Position numbers and translations under genes: made by a program
Part shown: piece by piece, positions 9,480 through 19,212 of the stretch
Position numbering within the stretch: position 1 is the stretch's first letter
Layout: each line of letters starts with the position of its first letter
The notes under the pieces: generated by a model
What the model was told of the DNA's origin: nothing
The model's input: the letters and a program-made list of their open reading frames with translations, nothing else
Database searches by the model: none
Source: Alphaproteobacteria bacterium
GTDB lineage: Bacteria > Pseudomonadota > Alphaproteobacteria > UBA7985
Length of the DNA: 64,000 nt
Assembly (NCBI GenBank): GCA_965661545.1
Contig: CBFIEF010000004.1
Location: 1,831-65,830 of the forward strand
Reading direction: 5' to 3'

Positions 9480-10316
9480 ATGAAGGTTGGATTGGTACAG
9501 TTTTGCGTCGGCCCGGATCCAGAGGCTAACGCCAAGCATCTGGAAACATTGGTTTCCGACGCCATCGACAAGGGCTGTGACTTCGTTTTGACGCCAGAGG
9601 CCAGTAACATCATTCAGCCCGATCGGGCCGAATTGAACCGCATCGTTGGCCACGCTGAAGATGACCCGGTGTTCCAAATGGCACAAAGGGTCGCAGGGCA
9701 AAGCGGACGCTTTATCTGCCTTGGCTCCTTGCTCGTCCAAGGCGGCGAAGAAGGAAAGCTTGTTAATCGGCAAATCCTGCTCGATTCCTCTGGAGCCATC
9801 ATCAACAGCTACGACAAGATTCACCTATTTGATGTCAGCATCGGAGATGGCCAGCACTACGGGGAAAGCGAAATCTTCTCACCGGGCGAAGAGGCGATTC
9901 TATCTGCGCTGCCGGATCAGGTCGCGACTTTGGGTCATACGATCTGCTACGACCTCCGCTTTCCACAGCTGCATCAGACCCTGGCAATGGCCGGCGCGAA
10001 TGTGCTGCTTGTACCCGCTGCGTTTACGCAGAAAACTGGCCGCGCGCATTGGCATACACTGCTGCGAGCACGGGCGATTGAAACGGGGGCTTGGGTGCTG
10101 GCGGCGGGAACCTGCGGCGAGCATGCAGGCGAACGGCGAACCTATGGGCATTCTTGCGTCATCAATCCGTGGGGAGAAATCGTTGCGGAAATTGCGTCAG
10201 AAACCAACGAGGGCCTGATCGTCCATGACCTCGACTTCGACCAAGTGACAGCAGCGCGACAGGCAATCCCCGCTTTGGAAAACGCCAGAACGTTCCATTT
10301 GCCATCTTCCCTCTAG
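9480..10316 (+). CDS. carbon-nitrogen hydrolase family protein (nitrilase/amidase superfamily)
   Basis: 278 aa; catalytic E-K-C triad context (…FVLTPEAS…, …HTICYDLRFP…). Confidence 0.8.
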   Translation: MKVGLVQFCVGPDPEANAKHLETLVSDAIDKGCDFVLTPEASNIIQPDRAELNRIVGHAEDDPVFQMAQRVAGQSGRFICLGSLLVQGGEEGKLVNRQILLDSSGAIINSYDKIHLFDVSIGDGQHYGESEIFSPGEEAILSALPDQVATLGHTICYDLRFPQLHQTLAMAGANVLLVPAAFTQKTGRAHWHTLLRARAIETGAWVLAAGTCGEHAGERRTYGHSCVINPWGEIVAEIASETNEGLIVHDLDFDQVTAARQAIPALENARTFHLPSSL

Positions 10317-10341
10317 CCGCGGGGAAACTTACATAAGGCCT

Positions 10342-10854
10342 ATGATTAAGTTTTCACTCCAATGTTCGAACGGGCACGGTTTTGAGGCCTGGTTCCCGAG
10401 CAATGACAGCTTCGATGACCAGAAAGCGCGTGGGTTTGTCACCTGCCCGCACTGCAATGATGCGTCTGTTGAGAAAACCATCATGTCGCCCAACGTGCAG
10501 GGTGGGAAAGGACGCGCCAGCAAGGGCGAGACTGCAACACCTCCGCCCACACCACCCGCTGCCGCCCCCATTCCGACGCCGCCGCAGCAGCCTGTTCCAG
10601 CGGCTAAACCACCAGAAGCATGGGGCCCCGAGCACGTTGCTGCCGCTCGGCAGTTCCTCCACGTCGTCCGCGCCACGGTGCAGAAGACGCACGAAGATGT
10701 GGGCGAAAAATTTGCCGATGAGGCGCGCGCTATCCATGAAGGAAAAAAGCCCGACCGCGGGATCCACGGCAAGGCTTCTAAGGAGCAGATCGACTCTCTG
10801 CTCGATGACGGGATCGAGGTTATGCCTCTTCCCGACCCAAAACTGGACGGATGA
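10342..10854 (+). CDS. DUF1178 family protein (zinc-ribbon N-terminus, Pro/Ala-rich middle)
   Basis: MIKFSLQCSNGHGFEAWFPSNDSFDDQKARGFVTCPHCND… is the characteristic DUF1178 N-terminus. Confidence 0.65.
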   Translation: MIKFSLQCSNGHGFEAWFPSNDSFDDQKARGFVTCPHCNDASVEKTIMSPNVQGGKGRASKGETATPPPTPPAAAPIPTPPQQPVPAAKPPEAWGPEHVAAARQFLHVVRATVQKTHEDVGEKFADEARAIHEGKKPDRGIHGKASKEQIDSLLDDGIEVMPLPDPKLDG

Positions 10855-11163
10855 TCAGCCCATGCCAACAGCAGCCTTGTAGGTCTCGATCAGGGCTTCT
10901 TGCTCCTGCCGATCACCGGGCTCCATCTTCCGCAAACGCACAATGGCACGCATGATCTTTGGATCAAACCCAGCGCCCTTGGCTTCGCCGTAGACTTCTT
11001 TGATGTCTTCCATCATGCCGGCTTTCTCTTCTTCCAGCCGCTCAACACGCTCAATGTACTGAATCAGCGCTGCTGCCGCTGGCGTGCCCGTCGGAATGGC
11101 CTCGGGCTTAGCGACCGTATCGGCCATGATCTCATCAAGTTCGTTATCAAAGTCGTCGGACAT
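10855..11163 (-). CDS. gapR: GapR-like nucleoid-associated protein (DUF2312/UPF0335)
   Basis: 102 aa; '…IQYIERVERLEEEKAGMMEDIKEVYGEAKGAGFDPKIMRAIVRLRK…' closely matches Caulobacter GapR. Confidence 0.8.
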   Translation of the reverse strand: MSDDFDNELDEIMADTVAKPEAIPTGTPAAAALIQYIERVERLEEEKAGMMEDIKEVYGEAKGAGFDPKIMRAIVRLRKMEPGDRQEQEALIETYKAAVGMG

Positions 11164-11165
11164 TC

Positions 11166-11474
11166 CTATTTCTCCGCTGCGGCGGCCTGCTCAAAGGCCG
11201 CCTTTTGGTTGTCATTTGCTTCAGTCTGATACGTGTCGCGCCATTCGCTGTACGCCATGCCGTAAAAGGCTTCGCGTGCCTCGTCTTTGGACATCTCGAT
11301 CCCCCGCTCAGCAGCGGCTTCGTTGTACCAACGTGATAGGCAGTTTCGGCAGAACCCAGCAAGATTCATCATGTCGATATTCTGCACGTCTGTACGCTCG
11401 GCCAGATGATCGCGCAGCACGCGAAAGGCAGCGGCTTCGAGTTCGGTCTGTGTTGCTTTGTCCAGATCAGTCAT
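11166..11474 (-). CDS. DUF1244 family protein
   Basis: Start at MTDLDKATQTELEAAAFRVLRDHLAERTD…CRNCLSRWY…; small conserved alphaproteobacterial protein. Confidence 0.55.
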   Translation of the reverse strand: MTDLDKATQTELEAAAFRVLRDHLAERTDVQNIDMMNLAGFCRNCLSRWYNEAAAERGIEMSKDEAREAFYGMAYSEWRDTYQTEANDNQKAAFEQAAAAEK

Positions 11475-11476
11475 GG

Positions 11477-12247
11477 TCAGAAAACCTCCTTGATCATTGC
11501 CTCGAGCACAGCACACCAATGGCTGATTTCACTCGGGGTGGTTAACAGGTCCTGTCTAATCTCGAAGGTGATAGCAGGAGCATCGCGATGCAAGCTGTGC
11601 AGAGCATAGGAGCCTGTCATCCGCTCGAACAGGCAATAAGGTTCATTATCGCCCACGGTGTAGTCCGTATGGGTCCGCAGCCAGTTCAGCGCCTCACCGG
11701 CTCGATCGGCGGCGTTATGATGGAGCAACCCAATTTCCCATGGACGCGGCTCATCCGGCTGAGACATCAGGCAATCGGTGAAGGAGTGACAGTGCACAAT
11801 CACCCGGTCCGCATGTCCCGGCTCTTCCGCCAAAAACTGCTCGATTTCAGTGTGGTAGGGGGCGTGAATGGCCTCAATCCGGGCTTGGTACGACGTGGGA
11901 GACAGGTCTATGTTACGCGGCACCTCGATCCCATCGAGAACCGCCCCCGCCATATCCCAATCCGTCGCCCGGCGATTCAGGTCGAGTACAGCGCGCGAAT
12001 AGACCCCTTCGATCAACGAGCCATCGAGCCTTTGCACCAGCTCACGGCCCAGCGCCTCCATCCCCCAATCACCCACGATGTGCTTGGTCCAGTGCTCCGC
12101 AGACAGGCCCAGATCACCAAGCCTTTCGGGCTTGCGAAAACCCGCATGATCGTTCAGCAACAAAAACCGCTTCTGCGGTTCCCGTTTGATCCAGCGAAAA
12201 GGCGCTGGATCGTTGGGGCCGAGAAGCGGTGATGGGTCTGATTGCAT
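11477..12247 (-). CDS. N-formylglutamate amidohydrolase family protein
   Basis: About 256 aa; FGase-family motifs (…LLLNDHAGF…, …VIVHCHSFT…). Confidence 0.7.
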   Translation of the reverse strand: MQSDPSPLLGPNDPAPFRWIKREPQKRFLLLNDHAGFRKPERLGDLGLSAEHWTKHIVGDWGMEALGRELVQRLDGSLIEGVYSRAVLDLNRRATDWDMAGAVLDGIEVPRNIDLSPTSYQARIEAIHAPYHTEIEQFLAEEPGHADRVIVHCHSFTDCLMSQPDEPRPWEIGLLHHNAADRAGEALNWLRTHTDYTVGDNEPYCLFERMTGSYALHSLHRDAPAITFEIRQDLLTTPSEISHWCAVLEAMIKEVF

Positions 12248-12282
12248 GGCGTGGCTACTCCTGTGGCCGCACCTCAATCGGG

Positions 12283-13599
12283 CTATTCGTACGGCGTAAA
12301 CTCTGCTGGCTGACCTACTACGCCAAACCTAAGTGATTCGCTATACAGACGTTTTGCCACGCGTCGCGCATCCTCCAGCGTCACCGCACGGAACAGGTCG
12401 TTGCGGAACTCGGGGAAATCAGACGGCAAGTCCTGAATTTGAATGCCCAACAGATAATCCACCACGTCGTTGGAATTAAGAAAATACGTGGCGTAGGAGC
12501 CGGTGAGGTAAGAAATGGCCTCGTCCAGCTCATCCTGCGTTGGACCGTTTTCGGCGAACTCTTGCCAAACCGCCAAAGTCGCATCCAGTGCTTCGTCCGC
12601 AGCATCGTTGGCCGTGGCAAAGTTGAACGACACGGTGCCGTAGTCCTCGCCCGCCGAATAGCCGCTTCGAATGCCGTAAACCAAACCCAGCTCATTGCGG
12701 ATTTTATCAGCCAGCCGCGACCCCAAACCGCCGCCGCCAAGGATATGGTTCACCACGCGCGCGGCATAGTTGTCTGGGTCGGTTCTTGGGAAGGCGGGGG
12801 CGACGGCAAAGACGATGCTTTGAGTTTGATCAAAGTCGATCTCGATTGGCGCGTCAAAGGTGTTGAAGGTTGGCGGGTCAATCGCCTCAGGCGGCGTTAC
12901 AGTCGGGAGCTTGTCGAGGATCGCCCCCACCCGCATGCGCAACTCATCGGGCGTGATATCACCAACAGCCGCAATCAAGACGTTATTCCGCCCAATCACT
13001 TTGTTCTTTACCGCCATTAAATCTTCGCGCGTGATCGCTGGAATGGTGTCCATGTCACCGCTGAATTCACGGTTGCGCGGCTCCTCAGCGCCCCAAAGCG
13101 CCTCATAGAACGCTTTACCGAGTTGCGCGCCGGGGGAGCGCTCGCGCTGGACAGCGCCGGCCATTGCATCACGGCGCATCCGCTCGACGCCTTCTGGGTC
13201 AAAGGCTGGATCGGTAAGCATGGTTTCCAGCGACTCAAAAGCAAAATCGATAGAGGCTGTTGGCGTCTGGAAGCTCACCGTGGACCACTTGAAACCCGGA
13301 CTTCCAGCCATGGAAACCGCTTCATCCTGCAAGGTACCAAGGAACGCTTCCGCACTCATGCCCCCTGCGCCTTCGTTCAAGGAGCCAAAGGTCAGCGACG
13401 CTGTGCCAGCCTTGTCCGGCTCATCCCAGCGGGAACCGCCTTCAAAGCCAAATTTGAGGGTGATTAGCGGGTTGCTGTGGTCCTCAACCAACCAAGCATC
13501 CACAGTCTCATTGATCTTTACCACCTGAATATCAATCGCAGCTGCAGGCTGGGAGATGGCAAAACCCACGAACGCCAAAGAAATATATTTCCACATAAT
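12283..13599 (-). CDS. M16 (pitrilysin) family zinc peptidase, non-catalytic-type subunit, secreted
   Basis: Signal peptide MWKYISLAFVGFAISQPAAA; M16 fold similarity; no HxxEH motif. Confidence 0.75.
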   Translation of the reverse strand: MMWKYISLAFVGFAISQPAAAIDIQVVKINETVDAWLVEDHSNPLITLKFGFEGGSRWDEPDKAGTASLTFGSLNEGAGGMSAEAFLGTLQDEAVSMAGSPGFKWSTVSFQTPTASIDFAFESLETMLTDPAFDPEGVERMRRDAMAGAVQRERSPGAQLGKAFYEALWGAEEPRNREFSGDMDTIPAITREDLMAVKNKVIGRNNVLIAAVGDITPDELRMRVGAILDKLPTVTPPEAIDPPTFNTFDAPIEIDFDQTQSIVFAVAPAFPRTDPDNYAARVVNHILGGGGLGSRLADKIRNELGLVYGIRSGYSAGEDYGTVSFNFATANDAADEALDATLAVWQEFAENGPTQDELDEAISYLTGSYATYFLNSNDVVDYLLGIQIQDLPSDFPEFRNDLFRAVTLEDARRVAKRLYSESLRFGVVGQPAEFTPYE

Positions 13600-13600
13600 C

Positions 13601-14959
13601 TTAGTTCTCCAGCGGCAAGAGCGACAGCGTGCGGGGCTCGCTGGCTTGCTGCAAAAACAAATCGGCAATCGCGCGCACATCCTCGAGCGTTACCCCGTCG
13701 ATGGTTTCTTCCAACGTTAGGTAAATGCCGTAATCGGACTGGCTTGCCACCACACTTTCAAACGAACTCGCCGGTCCATCGACACTATCGGCAGCGTAAA
13801 CAAGGCCGTTCATCAGCCGTCGCTTTTGCCGGGCAAGGCGCTCCTCGGTCAGGTCGTTGGCCAGCCAGTTCCGCAAGAAGCTTTCTGCCTCGTCCAGCAC
13901 CTCAACGGCATCCAGACCCTCAACCGGTTGAACGTTCAACTGCGCCCAGTCCTGCCCCTCATCCAAAACCATGCTGAACCCCGCGCTCAAAGCGATCTCA
14001 CGCTCGGTTTGGAGGTAACGGGTGAATGGCGCATCCAAGCCACTGGTCAGCATGGACGTGAGCAAACGCGCCGCGTAGCGAGCTTGGAAAGCTTCGGTGC
14101 CGGTTTCGGCTATAACCTCAGGCAAGCGCCATGCACGGCGGGCTGAGGCTTTGGTGATCAACGCATCGGTGACTTCTTCGAAACCCGGTTCGAACGGACG
14201 AACTGCATCAGGACGGATCCGCGCGGGAACATCGCCGGGTTCGAAGATGCCGAAATGTTTTTCCGCCAAAGTCAACACGTCCTCTGGCGTCGCGTCACCG
14301 GATACAATCAACACCGCATTATTCGGCTGGTACCACGCATTGTGAAAGTCGAGCAGGTTCTGCGGCGTCAGCGCACCGAATTCCTCTTCAAACCCAATGA
14401 CAGGGTGGTCGTAGGCCGGTGCGCCCCTAAGTGTCGCGCGCAATTGATGCGATGCACGGGCGGAGGGATTGTTTTCCCAGCGCTGCCGGAATTCTTGCAG
14501 CACCACGCCCTTCTCGTTCTCCAATTGATCGCTGTCAGCGTCCACGCCGTTCATCAGGATTGCGTTCAATTCCAAAAACAGCTCCAGATGCTCAGAACCC
14601 ATCACGCCGTAGTAGCTGGTTACGTTAGCCGAGGTTGAGGCGTTGTCCGTGGCGCCAATGCGGCCCAAAGCGCCATCATACTCACCCGGCGCTAGACCGC
14701 GCCCGCGATGCTCTGGCGACCCACGGAACATCATGTGCTCCAGAACATGGGCGATACCATATTGGCCGGGCTGCTCGTCCAAGGCGCCAACTTTGTACAC
14801 CACGCGCGCATGAACTGCCGGGGCGCGGTCGTTTTCGATGACGATTACGTCCATGCCGTTGTCGAGCGTGAACCAGCGCGCCTGCTCATACAGCGCGGAC
14901 GCCGGGGCAGCGGCCAGCGTGGCAAATGCACCTGAAAGGGCAAATATCAGTCGTTTCAT
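13601..14959 (-). CDS. M16 family zinc peptidase, catalytic subunit (HxxEH)
   Basis: Signal peptide MKRLIFALSGAFATLAAAPASA; inverted zinc motif HVLEHMMFRGS; forms a tandem pair with the upstream M16 gene. Confidence 0.8.
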   Translation of the reverse strand: MKRLIFALSGAFATLAAAPASALYEQARWFTLDNGMDVIVIENDRAPAVHARVVYKVGALDEQPGQYGIAHVLEHMMFRGSPEHRGRGLAPGEYDGALGRIGATDNASTSANVTSYYGVMGSEHLELFLELNAILMNGVDADSDQLENEKGVVLQEFRQRWENNPSARASHQLRATLRGAPAYDHPVIGFEEEFGALTPQNLLDFHNAWYQPNNAVLIVSGDATPEDVLTLAEKHFGIFEPGDVPARIRPDAVRPFEPGFEEVTDALITKASARRAWRLPEVIAETGTEAFQARYAARLLTSMLTSGLDAPFTRYLQTEREIALSAGFSMVLDEGQDWAQLNVQPVEGLDAVEVLDEAESFLRNWLANDLTEERLARQKRRLMNGLVYAADSVDGPASSFESVVASQSDYGIYLTLEETIDGVTLEDVRAIADLFLQQASEPRTLSLLPLEN

Positions 14960-15043
14960 GGTCTCTCCAAAAACGTCAAAATACGTTCGTGCGGTCCCAA
15001 CAGACCGGCACGGTACCAAAAGCTTGAACAGGAATATGGTGCT

Positions 15044-15724
15044 TTAGCGCTGTAAAACGACCGGCGCGCCGACAACAGTCACGCCTTCTGGAAGAGATGT
15101 GACCAGTGGCGCTGTATTTGTTGCTGCGACCACCGGTGCCAAGTTGGTTACTGGCGCTCCAATCGCCAAAGCCGACAGCGCTGCAGCGTCTTCTGCGCTC
15201 AGGACAACAACGCCTTCACCCAGTCCAGCGCTTTCTGCCGGTGCGCCCAGCGGGACCGGCGCCAAGTCCGGCGAAATGGTCATTGCCGGAGCGCTAGCAG
15301 GCTCACTGAACACCGGGAACAAAGAACCAGCCGCGTTGGTTTGCGGTGAGATGAATTCCTGCGAGGCTGCACCATTTGAGCCGCTCGCGACGATCCGGCC
15401 AATGGGCTGATATTCGGGAACTTCGCCCGTGACCACTGTCATCGGCACGTATTCGGGCTCCGGCTCCGGCTCCAACGTGAACATCAGCGATTCGATCTCG
15501 GACTGCGACGGCAAACTGGCCGTAACGTCCTGTGGGTTCAGCGGTGTTGGCAGGCGGGAAAAGTCAGTTGGGACCGCCAGTCCTCGGTTTTGCGGGATCG
15601 AGTACTCGTCAACCAAGCCCTCACTGGTCACACCACCCAGTCCGCGCGTCAAAGCTCCGCAGCCTGTAACAAGCAGGCTGCTGGCCAAGAGAACCAGAAC
15701 TGAAACGAAGCGCGATAGCTGCAT
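15044..15724 (-). CDS. lipoprotein, Pro/Ala/Ser-rich (possibly DUF3035-like), downstream of lspA
   Basis: Lipobox LLVTGC at residues 18-23; low-complexity PA-rich C-terminal half. Confidence 0.5.
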   Translation of the reverse strand: MQLSRFVSVLVLLASSLLVTGCGALTRGLGGVTSEGLVDEYSIPQNRGLAVPTDFSRLPTPLNPQDVTASLPSQSEIESLMFTLEPEPEPEYVPMTVVTGEVPEYQPIGRIVASGSNGAASQEFISPQTNAAGSLFPVFSEPASAPAMTISPDLAPVPLGAPAESAGLGEGVVVLSAEDAAALSALAIGAPVTNLAPVVAATNTAPLVTSLPEGVTVVGAPVVLQR

Positions 15725-15735
15725 TGGTGTGTCTT

Positions 15736-16236
15736 CTACTCCGGAGAAATCGTTTTCCGCTTACCCGACAGAAACATCATATCAATCAGAATTAGGGCAA
15801 CGCCAAGGACAATTGCTGAGTCCGCCACGTTAAATGACGGCCAATGGGCAGTTCCGATGTGGAAATCAAGGAAGTCCACGACGGTCTGCCGCAAGGGATT
15901 GAGGCGGTCCATGGCATTGCCAACCGCGCCACCCGCGATCAAAGCGTAAGCAGCGATGACGATCCGTTTGTCCGTCTTTGACCCCAAAAAGACCAGAACG
16001 CCTGCCACGACAAAGGCGAGGATGCCGATGAAGTAGCGGCCACCGTCATTGAAGTTGCCGAGCGAGAACGCAATCCCCGAATTCCGAACATGCCAAATGT
16101 TGAAGAATGGCGTGATCTCGCGGATGTCGAGATTGCCCGCATAGGACTGGTCAACAAAAGCCACGATCATGAACTTGGTTGCCTGATCCAAGGCAAGCAC
16201 CAGCAAAGCGAGAAGAATACCCCAGCGAAACATCAA
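15736..16236 (-). CDS. lspA: lipoprotein signal peptidase II
   Basis: 166 aa, 4 TM; …NSGIAFSLG…, …FNVADSAIVLG… LspA motifs; ribF-ileS-lspA order. Confidence 0.85.
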   Translation of the reverse strand: MMFRWGILLALLVLALDQATKFMIVAFVDQSYAGNLDIREITPFFNIWHVRNSGIAFSLGNFNDGGRYFIGILAFVVAGVLVFLGSKTDKRIVIAAYALIAGGAVGNAMDRLNPLRQTVVDFLDFHIGTAHWPSFNVADSAIVLGVALILIDMMFLSGKRKTISPE

Positions 16237-19101
16237 TTAGCCTTTCGATGCAGAAACTGCGGTCTCACAGCGTCCACAAATGCCTTGGGGATTGGCTGCG
16301 ACTTCTGGCAGCACCTGCCAACAACGCTGACACTTCTGGCCCTCCGCCAACGTCGGCTCGACCGACACACCGGCAATGTCTTCCACACGCACAGCCGAAG
16401 CCGGACCGTCGCCTTCGGTGATCGTAACGCCAGAGACAATGGCGACTTCGGTGAAATCGACACTGGCTACAGCCGCATGGAGGTCGCTGGACAAATGCAC
16501 CGTTGGCGCTGCTTGCAGGCTGGAGCCGATGGTCTTTTCTTGACGAAGCGGCTCGAGCGCAGACGTGATGACCCGGCGCACAGCAAACACCTTGGACCAC
16601 TTTTCGGCCAATTCAGCGTTAGCCCATGCCTGCGGGATTTCGGGGATGGTGCGCAGGTGTACAGAGTCCGTATCAACCAGCTTTTCCGGCAGATCTTTTT
16701 CGTCTTCCGCCCGTGTCATCCACGCTTCTTCTGCTGTGAACGACAGGATTGGCGCAAGCCATGCGGTCAGGCAGGAGAAACACTCGGCCAAAACCGTGCG
16801 AGCGGCCCGCGCGCGCAGCCTATCTGCTGCGTCACAGTAAAGCGCATCCTTGCGGATGTCGAAGTAGAGCGACGATAGATCCACGGCGCAGAAGTTGTGC
16901 AGCTCAGTATACAAACGGTGGAAGTCGTAAGCCTCAGCAGACGAACGCACCAAAGCGTCAAGCTCACTCAACCGGTGCAGCACCCAACGCTCAAGCTCAG
17001 GCAGGTCTTCGTAAGGAACTGCCTGCGACGGCTGGAAAGAGCCCAAATTTCCGAGTGTAAAACGCAAGGTATTTCGGAAGCGACGGTAAGCGTCTGCAGA
17101 ATGCTTCAGAATCGCCGGGCCAATGCGCAGATCATCACTATAATCCGAAGCCACGACCCACAGCCGCAGAATATCGATCCCGAACTGCTTGGCGACGTCA
17201 TCCGGTGCGGTGACATTGCCCAGCGACTTGGACATCTTGTTCCCTTTCTCATCCAGCACGAAGCCGTGAGTAAGAATGGAATCGTAAGGAGCACGCCCGC
17301 GCGTTCCAACGCCAACCAGCAGGGATGAGTGGAACCAGCCGCGATGCTGATCCGAGCCTTCGAGATACAGGTCAGCAGGCCATTTCAGCTCTGGACGCCG
17401 TTCCAGGACAAACGCATGCGTCGCGCCACTGTCGAACCAGACTTCAACAACGTCCTTGCCTTGCTCAAAATCGTCGGGATTGTAGTCGCTACCCAAGAAC
17501 CGCGATGCCGGGCTGTTAAACCACGCGTCCCCGCCTTCGAGTTCATAGGCCTGGGCAATGCGCTCGATCACGGCCGGATCGCGCAAGGGCTGACCATCGG
17601 ACTTACGCACGAAAATTGGCAGCGGAACGCCCCAAACGCGTTGGCGAGAGACACACCAATCCGGACGGGATTCAATCATTGAGGTGATGCGGTTTCGGCC
17701 TTGTTCCGGGACAAAACCCGTTTCGCTCAGCGCCTTTAGCGCGCCATCACGCAGGCCTTTTTCTTCCATCGAAATGAACCACTGCGCCGTATTCCGGAAG
17801 ATGAGCGGTGCTTTCGAGCGCCAGGAATGCGGATAGGAGTGCTCAAGCTTGCCCTTGGCCAGCAAACCGCCAGCCTCAATCATCGCCTTTAGGATCGGAC
17901 CAAGCGCCGTGCCGTCTTTGCCCTTTTGGTTATAAACCGTCAGGCCGGCAAACAGCGGAACGTGGTCGTAGAAGCTGCCGTCTTCAGCGACGGTCATCGG
18001 CACTTCGATGCCATGCTTTACCGTCGCCAGCTGCCAGTCATCGAAACCATGCCCCGGCGCGATGTGAACCAAGCCCGTGCCCTGCTCCGTGGTGACGTAG
18101 TCGCCGTGGAACATGGGTACGTCATAGTCATAGCCTTGACCGTTCAGCGGGTGCTGGGCGATGACGCCCGTGAGGTCAACGTTGATGTCTTCGCGGGTCC
18201 AGGACTCCACTTTAGCCGCCTGTGCGGTGGCTTCGGCGGTCTCATCCGCGATGATCAGTCGCTCACCCACTTGCGCCAGCGACCCTTCGGCCACGGCATC
18301 AACGCGGTACACGCCATATTTGATGTCATCATGGAAAGCCATGGCCCGGTTACCGGGGATGGTCCACGTGGTGGTAGTCCAAATGACGGCCTTTGCGCCA
18401 ACAAGCTCAGCTTGCGGCGCTGCTGTGATCGGGAACTTAACCCAGATGGTGACGGACTTGTGCGGGTAGTACTCGACTTCGGCATCAGCCAGAGCCGTCT
18501 TCTCAACCACCGACCACAGCACGGGCTTGTTGCCCTTGTATAGCTGCTCGTCGAGCAGGAACTTGCCCAGCTCGCGCACAATCTGCGCCTCAGCATCGTA
18601 ATGCATGGTCAAGTAAGGCTTTTCCCAATTGCCCATCACGCCCAAACGCTTGAACTGGCGGGTTTGCTCTTCGACCCAGCCTTGCGCAAAATCGCGGCAT
18701 TCGCGGCGGAATTCGATGACGTCGACGTCGTCCTTATCCTGCCCTCGCTCGCGGTACTGTTCTTCGATCTTCCATTCAATCGGCAAACCGTGACAATCCC
18801 AGCCCGGCACGTAGTGCGCGTCCTTGCCCATCATCTGGTGGCTGCGGTTGATCACGTCCTTCAGGATTTTGTTCAGGGCGTGCCCAATGTGCAGGTTGCC
18901 GTTTGCATAAGGCGGGCCATCGTGCAGGACGAATTTGGGACGTCCTTTGGACTCTTCCCGGATCCGGTCAAACAGGCCCATTTCCTCCCATTTCGCCAAC
19001 CATTCAGGCTCGCGGGTCGGCAAATTGCCGCGCATGGGAAAAGCCGTTTCCGGTGTCGTCACTGTGTCTCGGAAATCGCGGGCGTTATCAGTGTCGCTCA
19101 T
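16237..19101 (-). CDS. ileS: isoleucine--tRNA ligase
   Basis: 954 aa; HIGH (PYANGNLHIGHA) and KMSKS (KMSKSLGN) class I motifs; C-terminal zinc-finger CxxC…CxxC. Confidence 0.95.
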   Translation of the reverse strand: MSDTDNARDFRDTVTTPETAFPMRGNLPTREPEWLAKWEEMGLFDRIREESKGRPKFVLHDGPPYANGNLHIGHALNKILKDVINRSHQMMGKDAHYVPGWDCHGLPIEWKIEEQYRERGQDKDDVDVIEFRRECRDFAQGWVEEQTRQFKRLGVMGNWEKPYLTMHYDAEAQIVRELGKFLLDEQLYKGNKPVLWSVVEKTALADAEVEYYPHKSVTIWVKFPITAAPQAELVGAKAVIWTTTTWTIPGNRAMAFHDDIKYGVYRVDAVAEGSLAQVGERLIIADETAEATAQAAKVESWTREDINVDLTGVIAQHPLNGQGYDYDVPMFHGDYVTTEQGTGLVHIAPGHGFDDWQLATVKHGIEVPMTVAEDGSFYDHVPLFAGLTVYNQKGKDGTALGPILKAMIEAGGLLAKGKLEHSYPHSWRSKAPLIFRNTAQWFISMEEKGLRDGALKALSETGFVPEQGRNRITSMIESRPDWCVSRQRVWGVPLPIFVRKSDGQPLRDPAVIERIAQAYELEGGDAWFNSPASRFLGSDYNPDDFEQGKDVVEVWFDSGATHAFVLERRPELKWPADLYLEGSDQHRGWFHSSLLVGVGTRGRAPYDSILTHGFVLDEKGNKMSKSLGNVTAPDDVAKQFGIDILRLWVVASDYSDDLRIGPAILKHSADAYRRFRNTLRFTLGNLGSFQPSQAVPYEDLPELERWVLHRLSELDALVRSSAEAYDFHRLYTELHNFCAVDLSSLYFDIRKDALYCDAADRLRARAARTVLAECFSCLTAWLAPILSFTAEEAWMTRAEDEKDLPEKLVDTDSVHLRTIPEIPQAWANAELAEKWSKVFAVRRVITSALEPLRQEKTIGSSLQAAPTVHLSSDLHAAVASVDFTEVAIVSGVTITEGDGPASAVRVEDIAGVSVEPTLAEGQKCQRCWQVLPEVAANPQGICGRCETAVSASKG

Positions 19102-19212
19102 GGGTCTAAGGCTACTCAGTCAACGGTGAATCAATAAGGTACGCAATACAGGTACGCAGCGTTAAACGCGAGTGTGACAGGCGCAACGCGGCTAACCAGC
19201 TGGAACGTAGAT

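Noticed and set aside
10329-10882. Three overlapping ORFs (10329-10868 minus, 10354-10767 minus, 10382-10882 plus) antisense to or out of frame with DUF1178
   Set aside because: High-GC frame artefacts. Only the plus-strand 10342-10854 frame gives a recognisable conserved protein (DUF1178).
16090-18600. Numerous 60-260-aa ORFs antisense to ileS (e.g. 16090-16878, 17926-18543, 16265-16600)
   Set aside because: They lie entirely inside the strongly supported ileS frame. They are Arg/Ala/Pro-rich translations typical of antisense GC-rich coding DNA.
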